Below are positions 1 to 13,742 of a DNA stretch of 64,000 bases, one piece after another. Where the stretch lies: positions 1,472,001-1,536,000 of the forward strand of contig CAVUDW010000003.1 in NCBI GenBank assembly GCA_963740355.1. Direction: 5' to 3'. The DNA is from an uncultured Gemmatimonadaceae bacterium (GTDB lineage: Bacteria > Gemmatimonadota > Gemmatimonadetes > Gemmatimonadales > Gemmatimonadaceae). The position numbers and the translations under genes were made by a program. Below the pieces are notes generated by a model. The model did not search any database, was not told the DNA's origin, and saw only the letters and a program-made list of their open reading frames with translations. Numbering within the stretch: position 1 is the stretch's first letter; every line of letters starts with the position of its first letter.

Positions 1-630
1 TAGCGCTTCATCATCCCGTGAAAGCCCGGGTGGCTCGCCCGGATCGGGTTCTCCCTCTTCTTCGGATTCAGAGTCCTCATCTGAATCGATCCCGCCTTCG
101 TAAGCATCCAAACCAGATTGGACAACGGAACTCTCTCCCACTTCTGCGCCAGCATTTTCCGCCGAGAGGACACGGAGATCCACGAGCACTCCACGCGCGT
201 TATCCAGTGCGATGAAAGCCGACGTGATCTCCGGCAGCTCATGAGGCCCGACTGCCTCTGGAAACTCGGCAGCGAGCTCCCGCCGAATCGCGTCAAGATC
301 TTGTCCTGTCCCGACGAGCGTCGCCCCTAGGCCGTTGCATGCCGAACAGATCGCCCAGCCTACAGCCGTATCCGTCGACACCAGACCAGAAGAGTCGCAC
401 TCGGGGCAGACTACCCGGTATGGACCGAGGAGCTCGCGCACCTTCGCGATATGGCGGCCACGGGGTGCAAAGCCGTACAGCTTCTGGTACTGCGCCATCG
501 CCTCGAGCATGCGGACGTGCCAACCAGCATACACTTTCGGCGCACGGCACTTCTTGCAGCGAGTAGCGTCGCTGTAGAGGCCACCGTCACCCGCGCACTT
601 GCAGGTGAATCTCCACATTCTGGATGGCAT
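1..630 (-). CDS. Cys-rich (zinc-finger-like) hypothetical protein, 3' end beyond window start
   Basis: Not in ORF track (no stop in window). Frame open from ATG 630 to position 1: MPSRMWRFTCKC...CKKC...CPECDSSG...CSACNGLG... followed by an acidic tail (DSDEDSESEEEGE). Confidence 0.6.
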   Translation of the reverse strand, partial: MPSRMWRFTCKCAGDGGLYSDATRCKKCRAPKVYAGWHVRMLEAMAQYQKLYGFAPRGRHIAKVRELLGPYRVVCPECDSSGLVSTDTAVGWAICSACNGLGATLVGTGQDLDAIRRELAAEFPEAVGPHELPEITSAFIALDNARGVLVDLRVLSAENAGAEVGESSVVQSGLDAYEGGIDSDEDSESEEEGEPDPGEPPGLSRDDEAL

Positions 631-847
631 CGGCAAAACCCAATTCTGATGATGAAAGAGGCTCCGGCAAACTGGACGAACACAGAGTACGGCACTGCCA
701 ATCGATGCCAACGATTGGGCATCGGACGTCGCGTGACCAGTAGAGTCGGCTGCGATCACTTCGTTGGACGGTGGCTCGCCCCGATGGTGGCCGCCATGAC
801 AAGTAAACGCGGTCGTCTGACAGTGGCCGGCGCCAGCGATACCTCCG

Positions 848-3921
<3,074 letters not shown>

Positions 3922-3925
<4 letters not shown>

Positions 3926-5131
3926 GTCGCGAAGGCGACCTCGCGTTCGGCGTCACTCACGCAGACTTCGCCGGAGAGTAGGAGTGGGAGCAGGCCGTCG
4001 CGGAGTTCGGCAAGCGTCCGATTTTCATCACGCGCCTGCTGGATGCGATCAAGGAGTGGCGAAGCGACCGCATCAAAACGGGCAAGAGCGTTCCTCGACG
4101 GCGGATCAATCGCAATAGCGAGAACGTCATCTGGGCGCACACGCTGATGGCTGTTCGACGTGCCTGTGACCGTTGAGCATAGCGCCGCACGAAGGCGAGG
4201 GCTCGTGAATAGACCATACAGAAACGTGCGTGTCGCCCATTCCGTCGGCATGAAGACCAAGAACTCCGTGGAACAGACGGCGAAGTCATCGCTGCGAATA
4301 CCCGGAACCCACACACGCTCAATGCTCGGGTTGAGCTTCGATAGGAGGACGCTGCCGTGCGGCACGACAAACTTGTTGCTGCGGATTGCAGTACCACGCT
4401 CTCGCACGGGCTGCCTGTCGCTGTCGAAAGCCGGAATACTGAAATGAAGGAATGTGCGATCAGGTGTCGCCATTGGTTCGACACCTTTGCGGACTAGCTG
4501 CGCGACATCGCCGACGGTGCACGCTGACTCGCAGACTTCGAGGTCGCTTTCCAGATTTGCGAACAGCGCACGGTGCAGTTCGTCGAGCGTCGCGCACATG
4601 CGACGGTACACTCCGATCTTGTCGTCCAGCGCACCGAGCAGTGCAACGACGGCCTTCTGATGATCTGCACTCGGTAGCAAGAACTCATAGCTCTTGATCT
4701 GACCCATGCTGATGTGCGGCACGGCGGTGCCCGTCTGCACGGCGAGCACATGGTCCGTGAAGGATTTGCTGCCTACGATGTATTTCAAGTCTCCAGGCGG
4801 CACGCCAGCGCCTGGGCGCAGCCGCGCGACGCGCTGAACGAGGAGCGCGGGGACGTCTGCGTTCTCGATACTGGCATACTTCAGTCCCGCTTCGATCCAC
4901 GGGCGATCCATCGCCACGACGACGTCGCCTTCCTGCAGTTCATACTTCTTGAGTTCTTCCGTCAACGCCGATGCGGGCCAACGCTTGACCCCATCCCACC
5001 GCAGGGTGCCCTGAACGACATTGTCACCCCGCAGCAGTCGTACGGAGTCGGGATGTCCAGTGTACCGACTGCTCTCGAATGGGTAGCCAGTGAAGATGTC
5101 TGCGACGTCACCGAGTTTCACGCGCTTCCAT

Positions 5132-5139
<8 letters not shown>
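3922..5139 (-). CDS. hsdS: Type I restriction-modification specificity subunit
   Basis: Intact ORF MAEWKRVKLGDVADI; two TRD-like halves with conserved spacer (QKAVVALLGALDDKI) and C-terminal LAELRDGLLPLLLSGE; overlaps hsdM stop and hsdR start. Confidence 0.9.
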
Positions 5140-6697
<1,558 letters not shown>

Positions 6698-6953
6698 GGG
6701 CGGGGTGGGTCGGGGTGGTAGCGGCGGAGGCAGCTTGCCGAAGGTACCCCGCGGCAAGCAGGACCGCAGGAGTGATTACGTCTGTTTGAGGACGAATTGA
6801 GGCGTCCATCCCCTTCTGCATCGGCACCAGAGACGAAGAAGAGGCTTGGGTCGGCCGTGCTCAGAGGCAGAGCCGTGGCCATGACAGAGATGTGGGCCAA
6901 TCCCCCCGCATGTCACCGATGACGAACCGGCGTCACCAATCCTGTGCCCACGG

Positions 6954-7628
6954 TCACGACTCGAATGTGAAGGCATCCAGCGCGCTCACCGGTACACCTT
7001 CGTATCGTCCAGCAGCAATTTCGTCACGAAAGGCCTGGGTTAGGTCGCGAAGAGAGTCTGCCGCGACATCTAGGTCCGTCTGGGCGTCTTCCAAGGCTTG
7101 CATCGCTTCCACGATCCGCCTTTGTGTTGCGAGGTCGGGCACGCGAATCTCGACGCCGGACAAAGCGTCAGGCCGAATGTTTGAGATGACGCTGCCGGAC
7201 GTGACGGCAAGGATTGACTTGTATCCGGATGCCGATGCAAGTGACAGGCGCAGAAACTCCGGCAGGATCACCGTACGATCCGGGACCAGCAGCAGCAGCG
7301 ATTCCGCATATGCCGCGCTGCAGTCAAAGTCGACCACCGCACACCCGATTGACCGGCTTGATCCAACACCCCGCGATACCAGAAGGACATCCCCTCGAGT
7401 CGTCAAGCGTGCTGGGGGCCGTCCACGGGTGTTCTCCTCGGGCTCGATGACGAGGGCGGGCGCGCCACCGCTGACGGCACTTGTTGGAATCCACGGGAGC
7501 TCCGCACCCGAGCCGTTTTCGTCCTGCCGCGTCCCGGGCCGAGGCGCCTCCAAGAGGACCGTCTTCAATTTGCGCAGCGGCCATTTGGCGAGAGTGGGAC
7601 GGAAGCGGTAAGTCGCGAGTGACAGCAT
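6954..7628 (-). CDS. HsdS/TRD-like specificity domain (possibly the C-terminal part of the upstream methyltransferase)
   Basis: TRD-like features: GDVLLVSRG, ILPEFL, GSVISNIRPDALSGVEIRVPDLATQRRIVEAM; overlaps the ORF 7324-7941. Confidence 0.7.
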   Translation of the reverse strand: MLSLATYRFRPTLAKWPLRKLKTVLLEAPRPGTRQDENGSGAELPWIPTSAVSGGAPALVIEPEENTRGRPPARLTTRGDVLLVSRGVGSSRSIGCAVVDFDCSAAYAESLLLLVPDRTVILPEFLRLSLASASGYKSILAVTSGSVISNIRPDALSGVEIRVPDLATQRRIVEAMQALEDAQTDLDVAADSLRDLTQAFRDEIAAGRYEGVPVSALDAFTFES

Positions 7629-9164
7629 CGACCCGTGGCGTCAGGGAGTTCATGTAGGCCGAAGTCCACATGACCTTCTCTTCGATCTTCGCGGAAATCT
7701 GTCCAGCGTCGACTTGATCATCTGTGTACGCGTATCGGATGTAGCGGCTCGGAGTCAGATCGTATTTCTGTTCCTCGATCTGTCCCACGCTCTGCACCTC
7801 AGCGAAGAGCGGCTCGGCCACACGCGCACCGTTCCTCGCGGCACGCACTACCGCTGTGATCCGATCCACGTCTGCTGTGGTCAGTTCGTGCGTCTTGCCA
7901 CGGCGCGACTGACCAAGCTGACGCCCGTCTACGAACAGCACGCCATGGCCTTTCCCGAGCGTCGACGCGCCGAGGAGGAGCAGTGAGATGAGAGCGAGAA
8001 GCCAGGCAGCATCTTCGGCGGCAATTCGATCACGGCATGCAGCCTGCCGTCGCGAACGATACCCTCTCGGATGTGCGCGTCGCGCCCAGAGCGCGACAGC
8101 GCTGCCGAAGGCAAGAGTACGGCGCCAACACCCTCAGGAGCCAAGTGAGCCAGTACATGCTGTACCCACATCCAGTCAGCCGTGTTCGAATAGCCATACC
8201 GCCAGCGTTCGTCGCTCAGCTGTTCCGCAACGTTCAGCCTCACACCCATTGGTCCGTCGAGGACGACGCGGTCCGCTCGAAGCGACCGAAAACGGTCGCC
8301 GCGCAACGTATCGCCTTGCGCCAGCTCGAACGACACGCCATGTAGTGCGAGATGCAGATATGCAATGCGCCAGTTGCTGTCACTCACTTCTTGCCCGAAG
8401 ATGCGGAGGTCCGGGTCTTGCGCCCCCTCGACTACTCGGGCGAGCAGCAATCCCTGCCCTGCCGCAGGGTCGTACACAGTCCCCTGAATAGGTTCGAGAA
8501 GTCTACGAAACAGCGTGCAGATCACATCTGGTGTGACAGACGCGGTTGCGTTTGAGGTTCCTTGGTTCGAGACGCGCAGCAACAGATCGCCCACCGTGCG
8601 AGCGGTGTCAAGCTCGCCGAACGTCACCATGTCAAGACTCATTACCACGACTTGAAGCGCTCTGTCTTCCAGCTTATCTGGCAGTTGCAGGGCGTTGCGT
8701 AAGCCAGGGTCGTCCACTGTCAAGCGGTCGACCACTCGATCCCACAGTGCTCGCACTGCGGTTGGAGTTGGTTGAACGAATGTCCCGTTGAGCAGCGGCT
8801 CTGCAAATCCATCGAAGATCGAGGGGTCATCAACTCGCGCAATCGAGCACTTCACGTACAGAACTTGGAGGGTTACAAGAAGGGACTCGTCGCTGGTGAG
8901 ATTCTTGGCAAGCAGCTCGTAGGTAAGCCGAAGCATTTCGCCCTTCGAATCGTCTGTAAGGACGCTACGTCCTGCGAGCTTTAGCCAAGACATGACTTCA
9001 TCGATGTCATAGAACTCGCCTCCGGATCCCGACTCGCTCGCACGCGGGAAATCCGTGTAGCGCCGCTTCCAGTTTGAGACGGCGGATGAGCTCACACCAG
9101 CGATATGTGCGATCTCTTTGACGGTGACGCGGCGCGAAATCGGCTTGTTCATGTAGTGAGCCAT
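7324..9164 (-). CDS. N6-adenine DNA methyltransferase-like protein with N-terminal HTH; frameshift near 7990
   Basis: N-terminal VTVKEIAHIAGVSSSAVSNWKRRYTDFP; motif I VYDPAAGQG; motif IV position reads VVLDGPM; continues in another frame (SLLLLG...VLFVDG...YDLTPSRY). True 3' end uncertain. Confidence 0.75.
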
Positions 9165-9165
9165 T

Positions 9166-9723
9166 TCAGGAGGCGAGTTGCAGCAGTGGAACCGCCGGTT
9201 CGGGTACGAAGCGAACGAACGACGCGACTCGTGCTAGCGAGAGCGAGAGGCAGCGCTTGAGTGACACGACGCCGACTGGGATACCGAAGGATTTCAGGTC
9301 GTGCAGTGCGTCGGCGAAGATCCCGTCGCCTGACCCGACGACCACACGGTCATAGAGCGCTGCGGTCCGTCGAACGTCTGCCACCTGCGCCAGCAAGGCG
9401 AGGTCAGCCCCGTTCTGGCCGCCCGCGGTGAGCAGGCGGGCGCCGGGGCACGATACGCCTGCGTCGACAGCAATCGCGTGGTTGACAGCGACGATGACAT
9501 GGTCGAACGGCTGCACTCCCGCCGCCTCGCGATAGGCGGCGACCGCCGCAGTGGGCGCCGCTCGGCCACGGCGGGGACCGCCCATGAGGTTCTCGACGTC
9601 CAGAAGATGCAGGGTCCGACCTGCGGGAGCGTGGTCGAATCTGGGGAAGCTCCGCGACGGCACCAGATACAGGCCCGACCGTGTTGTCTCCGCTTCGCTC
9701 GTCAGTGCCAAGTTGCAGCGCAT
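9166..9723 (-). CDS. NYN/PIN-like domain protein (start uncertain, ORF open to 9831)
   Basis: LHLLDVENL...GADLALL...VVVGSGDGIF pattern of acidic catalytic residues typical of NYN domains. Confidence 0.7.
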   Translation of the reverse strand: MRCNLALTSEAETTRSGLYLVPSRSFPRFDHAPAGRTLHLLDVENLMGGPRRGRAAPTAAVAAYREAAGVQPFDHVIVAVNHAIAVDAGVSCPGARLLTAGGQNGADLALLAQVADVRRTAALYDRVVVGSGDGIFADALHDLKSFGIPVGVVSLKRCLSLSLARVASFVRFVPEPAVPLLQLAS

Positions 9724-9868
9724 CGCTGGTGCCTCATCAGGGGGTGGGAATTGCTCGCCCGCCAATAGTGGCATTGGTCGCGTGATTGCGCAAGTGTGAC
9801 TTTGTGACTCGCCATTGCTTGTTCTGTTCACACGATTCTATGTCGGTTTGGACAGCGACTCGACTCGC

Positions 9869-9880
9869 GGGGGGGGGGGG
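9869..9880. repeat. G12 homopolymer upstream of the NYN/methyltransferase operon
   Basis: 12 consecutive G read directly. Confidence 0.8.
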
Positions 9881-10401
9881 CGAGGCACGGAGTGCGAACG
9901 GAGCCTCGCCCGCCTCGCTCACCTACCGCCCCGCAGGACAGGCGAGGGCCGCCGGTGCCCCGGTGGCGGCAAGGCGCGAATTGGCCTCCCCGTCGATCCA
10001 TAGGCACGCCCGATGGACGCCAGAAATGTGTCCAACGCCGCCAGACCATCTGGGCGCTGCCGCAGCTCGCACTATCCGGCAGGCCCGCCACACGCCACCC
10101 TCTTGCGACGCTGACTTCGGCGGACTGGAGAGGATCGGCTGCCGCTAGTGGCTCGCCCTAGCGACCAAGATGAACTCCGCGGAACGCGATTCGAGTTCTG
10201 GCGGGCAGCCGACCAATCTGCCACTCCAGGACCGCACTCGGCGCGGAGGTCCTGTCCAGCTGTGTGGGCTCTCACGCGCTATCGCCAACTGCGTAGGGAC
10301 CGACGCTCTATTGGGGTGCGCAACGCGATCCTCACGTCGTGATCGAGATAATCGCGACTTCAAGGACCCAAGGATGCGAATGGCCAGCCGGCGCGGGCCG
10401 G

Positions 10402-11628
10402 TCAGTCATCGTTGACCGGCGCCACGTCCACATCTTCGCCGGCGGACCAGTCGAGCGTCACCTTGAACGCCAAGGGCGTCATCCGATGACGACTGCCGTC
10501 CCACGTGCGCAGGACACGGCACGTCCCGCCGTTTGCCTGCACAACGCCATCATCGCGACGGAGTTCGATTCCCGAGCAGACGAACAACGTGTAGCCAGGC
10601 AGGGCGGCCTCTTCGACCTCGCGCCGCGTGAGGACGATCTCGTCGCCCGCTGACGTGGTGCCCTTGACCTCGACACGCAACTCCCCATCGGCCGACCGGC
10701 ACAGGAGGTCGAAGCTGCACCGTGCCGACACATCGAGGACCTCAGGCCAGTGCGCCTTGAAGTAGTCCTCTGCTCGCTGCATCGCACGCTTCTCGACCGC
10801 GACGCGCTCGTCGAGGGACAGCCCGAATCCTTGGCCGCGCGCAAGCGCGGCAGGTCGCCGCACGGCCTCCTCAAGTTCCGCCACCTCAGCTAGGCCAGAC
10901 GTCGCTCCAGTCATGCCTACGAGTTCGAGCCACTGCTCCTCGGTGAGCCGGAACACCGTGCCGCCGCGCGCGCGTGCCACGGACAACGTGGATAGGAATC
11001 GACCGGCCGCGGTGTCGTCGATCCAGAGCGGTCGCGGGATCTGCCGGTATCGGATGGGCACGCGCTCCTCTTCCTGATCGCCGTCCGCTGCGTCCACCCA
11101 GTACGGATTGCCTGTATTTCGGCGAGCAACAGGTCCGCCAATGACGTCGCCCAGCGCGACCACGCCACGCTGGCCGTCACGATCCCGAGTCTGCCAAATG
11201 ACGGCGGTGTCACCAGCCTTGATCGGTTTGCCTTTCGACAACCAATGATCCACGTCCACGTGTGCCACCGCGTCCCGGACGCGGTACCGTGAAGGACGAG
11301 CGCACAGCGCCCATCGCTGCACTTGCCCCAACGGCGCGTCCACGGTCGTCGCCCGGACGTCGAACCCGAGCGCGCCCAGGACCCGCGCGACCGTGTTCGC
11401 CCCGCCGCTGAAATCAGAAGCGGCAAGGGAGCCGCTCTTGGGGTACTGGTACCCGTACGCAGCTCCCGCGATGGCCTTCGAGTCGTATTCGCGCCCGTCA
11501 TGGCGAAGGACGTAGCTGCGCGCCGCGCCGAACCCATAGCGCTCGAGGAAGGCGACCCTCCCGACTTTGTCGAATTCACGCAGGGCACGCAGCACCGCAG
11601 CGCGACTCGTCAGCTCACTCAATGGCAT
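10402..11628 (-). CDS. Putative modification-dependent endonuclease: ScoMcrA-like head + EVE-like + DUF3883 (PD-(D/E)xK) domains
   Basis: N-term AVLRALREFD..FLERYGF..YDSKAI..FSGG; middle W...IKAGDTAVIW...GVVALG...GTVFRLTEEQW; C-term SFDLLC...LRVEVKGT. Confidence 0.7.
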   Translation of the reverse strand: MPLSELTSRAAVLRALREFDKVGRVAFLERYGFGAARSYVLRHDGREYDSKAIAGAAYGYQYPKSGSLAASDFSGGANTVARVLGALGFDVRATTVDAPLGQVQRWALCARPSRYRVRDAVAHVDVDHWLSKGKPIKAGDTAVIWQTRDRDGQRGVVALGDVIGGPVARRNTGNPYWVDAADGDQEEERVPIRYRQIPRPLWIDDTAAGRFLSTLSVARARGGTVFRLTEEQWLELVGMTGATSGLAEVAELEEAVRRPAALARGQGFGLSLDERVAVEKRAMQRAEDYFKAHWPEVLDVSARCSFDLLCRSADGELRVEVKGTTSAGDEIVLTRREVEEAALPGYTLFVCSGIELRRDDGVVQANGGTCRVLRTWDGSRHRMTPLAFKVTLDWSAGEDVDVAPVNDD

Positions 11629-11710
11629 CCTTGATCCTCATGCGCGTGTCCGCCCCGACGGCGGTGGTGTCCATGTAGCGGCGGCGGTCCGCGCTGCCTG
11701 CCGCGTGACG

Positions 11711-11968
11711 CTACGCGCCGTCCTCAGTGATGTCTGCGTCCGAGAGACTGCCCGTCCATCCAACGCCACCATCACCGTACGTGACGTCGAGGTCGCCGTC
11801 GATGCCTCCGGCGAAATGCCACTCGTCCTGGAAGTCTTCGCCTTCGTACACGTATCCGGAGCCGTCGACAACCAGGGGCGCACCGGCGACAATCGTCGCC
11901 CACTCTTCGTCCGTGAGGGTCAGCGAGTGCGCTTCGTCGCCCCATTCGACCGTAATCGTCACCGCCAT
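11711..11968 (-). CDS. Small highly acidic hypothetical protein
   Basis: 85 aa, strong GGGAGG RBS before ATG, 20 D/E and no K/R. Confidence 0.7.
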   Translation of the reverse strand: MAVTITVEWGDEAHSLTLTDEEWATIVAGAPLVVDGSGYVYEGEDFQDEWHFAGGIDGDLDVTYGDGGVGWTGSLSDADITEDGA

Positions 11969-12280
11969 GGCATCCTCCCAGCAATCCCGCCGCCGTGGCT
12001 ACGCAGGCCTCGGCGTATTCTGGCGAACATGGGCTGGCGCGGGTTGAGCACCACGGTACTGAGGTAGCCGCGGCTGTCCGGGGTCAGACACGCCTGCAGG
12101 GCCCAGTGCGTTTGGGCGGCCAACACGCACGCCTTCGGGGAATCAGCTGCCATGGAATGATGGTACCCGGAGGGTATGACAGGGGGGAGGGGAGTCCGAC
12201 GGCTGATGGCTGCCCGGGACTCGTGCCACGCACCTCGGGACGCACCGAGGCTATCCAGCGAGGCGCAATCGCCGAAACGA

Positions 12281-12309
12281 AGAAACCCCGCATTTCTGCG
12301 GGGTTTCTC
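12281..12309 (-). terminator. Intrinsic terminator downstream of pilC
   Basis: AGAAACCCCGCA-TTTC-TGCGGGGTTTCT inverted repeat with T-rich tail on the minus strand. Confidence 0.7.
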
Positions 12310-12409
12310 GCCGTTTACGACGGAGCGTGCACACACTGACGATAGATCGTGCAAAACCATGTCGAAAGACCGTGCACGCCGACATGTGTGCAGCCGGACG
12401 TCCCCGTCC

Positions 12410-13600
12410 CTACTGCACCGTATTCATCATGTCGAAGATCGGCAAATACATCGCCACCACCATACCACCCACCACCACACCCAGGAACACGATCATCAAC
12501 GGCTCCAACAGCGACAGCAACCCGCCCACCGCCGTATCCACTTCTTCATCATAAAAGTCCGCGATCTTCGACAACATCTCGTCCAGACCACCAGTCTGCT
12601 CACCCACCGAGATCATCGAAATCACCATCGGCGGAAACACCCCCGACTTCTGCAACGGACCGGCGATCGTCTCACCACCAGCGATCGATGCCCGGCTCGC
12701 CATGATCGCGTTCTGGATCACCCGGTTGCCCGACGTCCGCGCCGTGATCTCGAGCCCGTCGAGAATCGAGACACCCGACGAAATCAGCGTCCCAAGAGTA
12801 CGGGTAAACCGACTGACCGCCGACTTCCGCAACACGTCACCCAGCACCGGCACCTTCAGCAAGAACCCGTCGATCCGCAGGCGACCATCATCAGTGGCGT
12901 AATAGCGATTGATCAGCACGAACGCACCGAACCCGCCGCCGATCAGCGCCCACCAGTACCCCTGCAGGAACTTGGAGCAGCCGATCACGATACGAGTCGG
13001 CAACGGCAACGCCAGGCCCACACCCGCGAACATCTTCTCGAACGTCGGAATCACGAAGATCAGCAGGATCGCGATCGCGGCCGCAGCCACCGTCATGATC
13101 GTGATCGGGTAAATCATCGCGCTCTTCACCTTGCGCACCAACGCATCGGTCTTTTCGATGAACGTCGCGAGGCGCATCAGGATCGTGTCCAGGATACCAC
13201 CGGCCTCGCCGGCGGCCACCATGTTCACGTACAACTCGTTGAACGCCTTCGGACGCTTGCGCAGCGCGTCGGCCACGGTCTGGCCGCTCTCGACGTCGAA
13301 CACGACTTCCTTCGTCACGGCCTGCAGCGCCTTGTTCTCGCTCTGTTTCGACAGGATGTCCAACGCCTGCACCAGTGGCAGGCCGGCGTTGATCATGGTC
13401 GAGAACTGGCGCGTGAACACCACGATGTCGCGCATGCCGATGCTGCCGAGGCTCTTCGCAGGCTTCTCGGCATCCACCTTGACCACGCTCATCCGCTGCT
13501 TGCGCAGCATCGTGATCACTTCGTCGCGATTGCTCGCCTCGACGGACGCGGTCTTGAGCTCGCCGCCGACAGTACGGGCGGTGTACGTGAATACTGCCAT
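12410..13600 (-). CDS. pilC: Type IV pilus platform protein
   Basis: FTRQFSTMINAGLPL, AGEAGGILD, VGEQTGGLDEML, AMYLPIF (GspF/PilC family). Confidence 0.95.
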   Translation of the reverse strand: MAVFTYTARTVGGELKTASVEASNRDEVITMLRKQRMSVVKVDAEKPAKSLGSIGMRDIVVFTRQFSTMINAGLPLVQALDILSKQSENKALQAVTKEVVFDVESGQTVADALRKRPKAFNELYVNMVAAGEAGGILDTILMRLATFIEKTDALVRKVKSAMIYPITIMTVAAAAIAILLIFVIPTFEKMFAGVGLALPLPTRIVIGCSKFLQGYWWALIGGGFGAFVLINRYYATDDGRLRIDGFLLKVPVLGDVLRKSAVSRFTRTLGTLISSGVSILDGLEITARTSGNRVIQNAIMASRASIAGGETIAGPLQKSGVFPPMVISMISVGEQTGGLDEMLSKIADFYDEEVDTAVGGLLSLLEPLMIVFLGVVVGGMVVAMYLPIFDMMNTVQ

Positions 13601-13742
13601 GACTATTCTGCTGAAGTGGAGGGATGCAGCGAAAGCAGGACCAAGGAATTCAGGGGTCTGGCAGGGCGAAAACCGAGGCGATACCGCGAGGGATCGCGAG
13701 GATTCTCAGCACCGCCAGGCGCCAGAAGGCCCGGCCATGCGA

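Noticed and set aside
12320..12395. Repeated CGTGCA hexamers / possible att or dif site at the island boundary
   Set aside because: Short, irregularly spaced, no convincing dif consensus, and no tRNA or integrase nearby.
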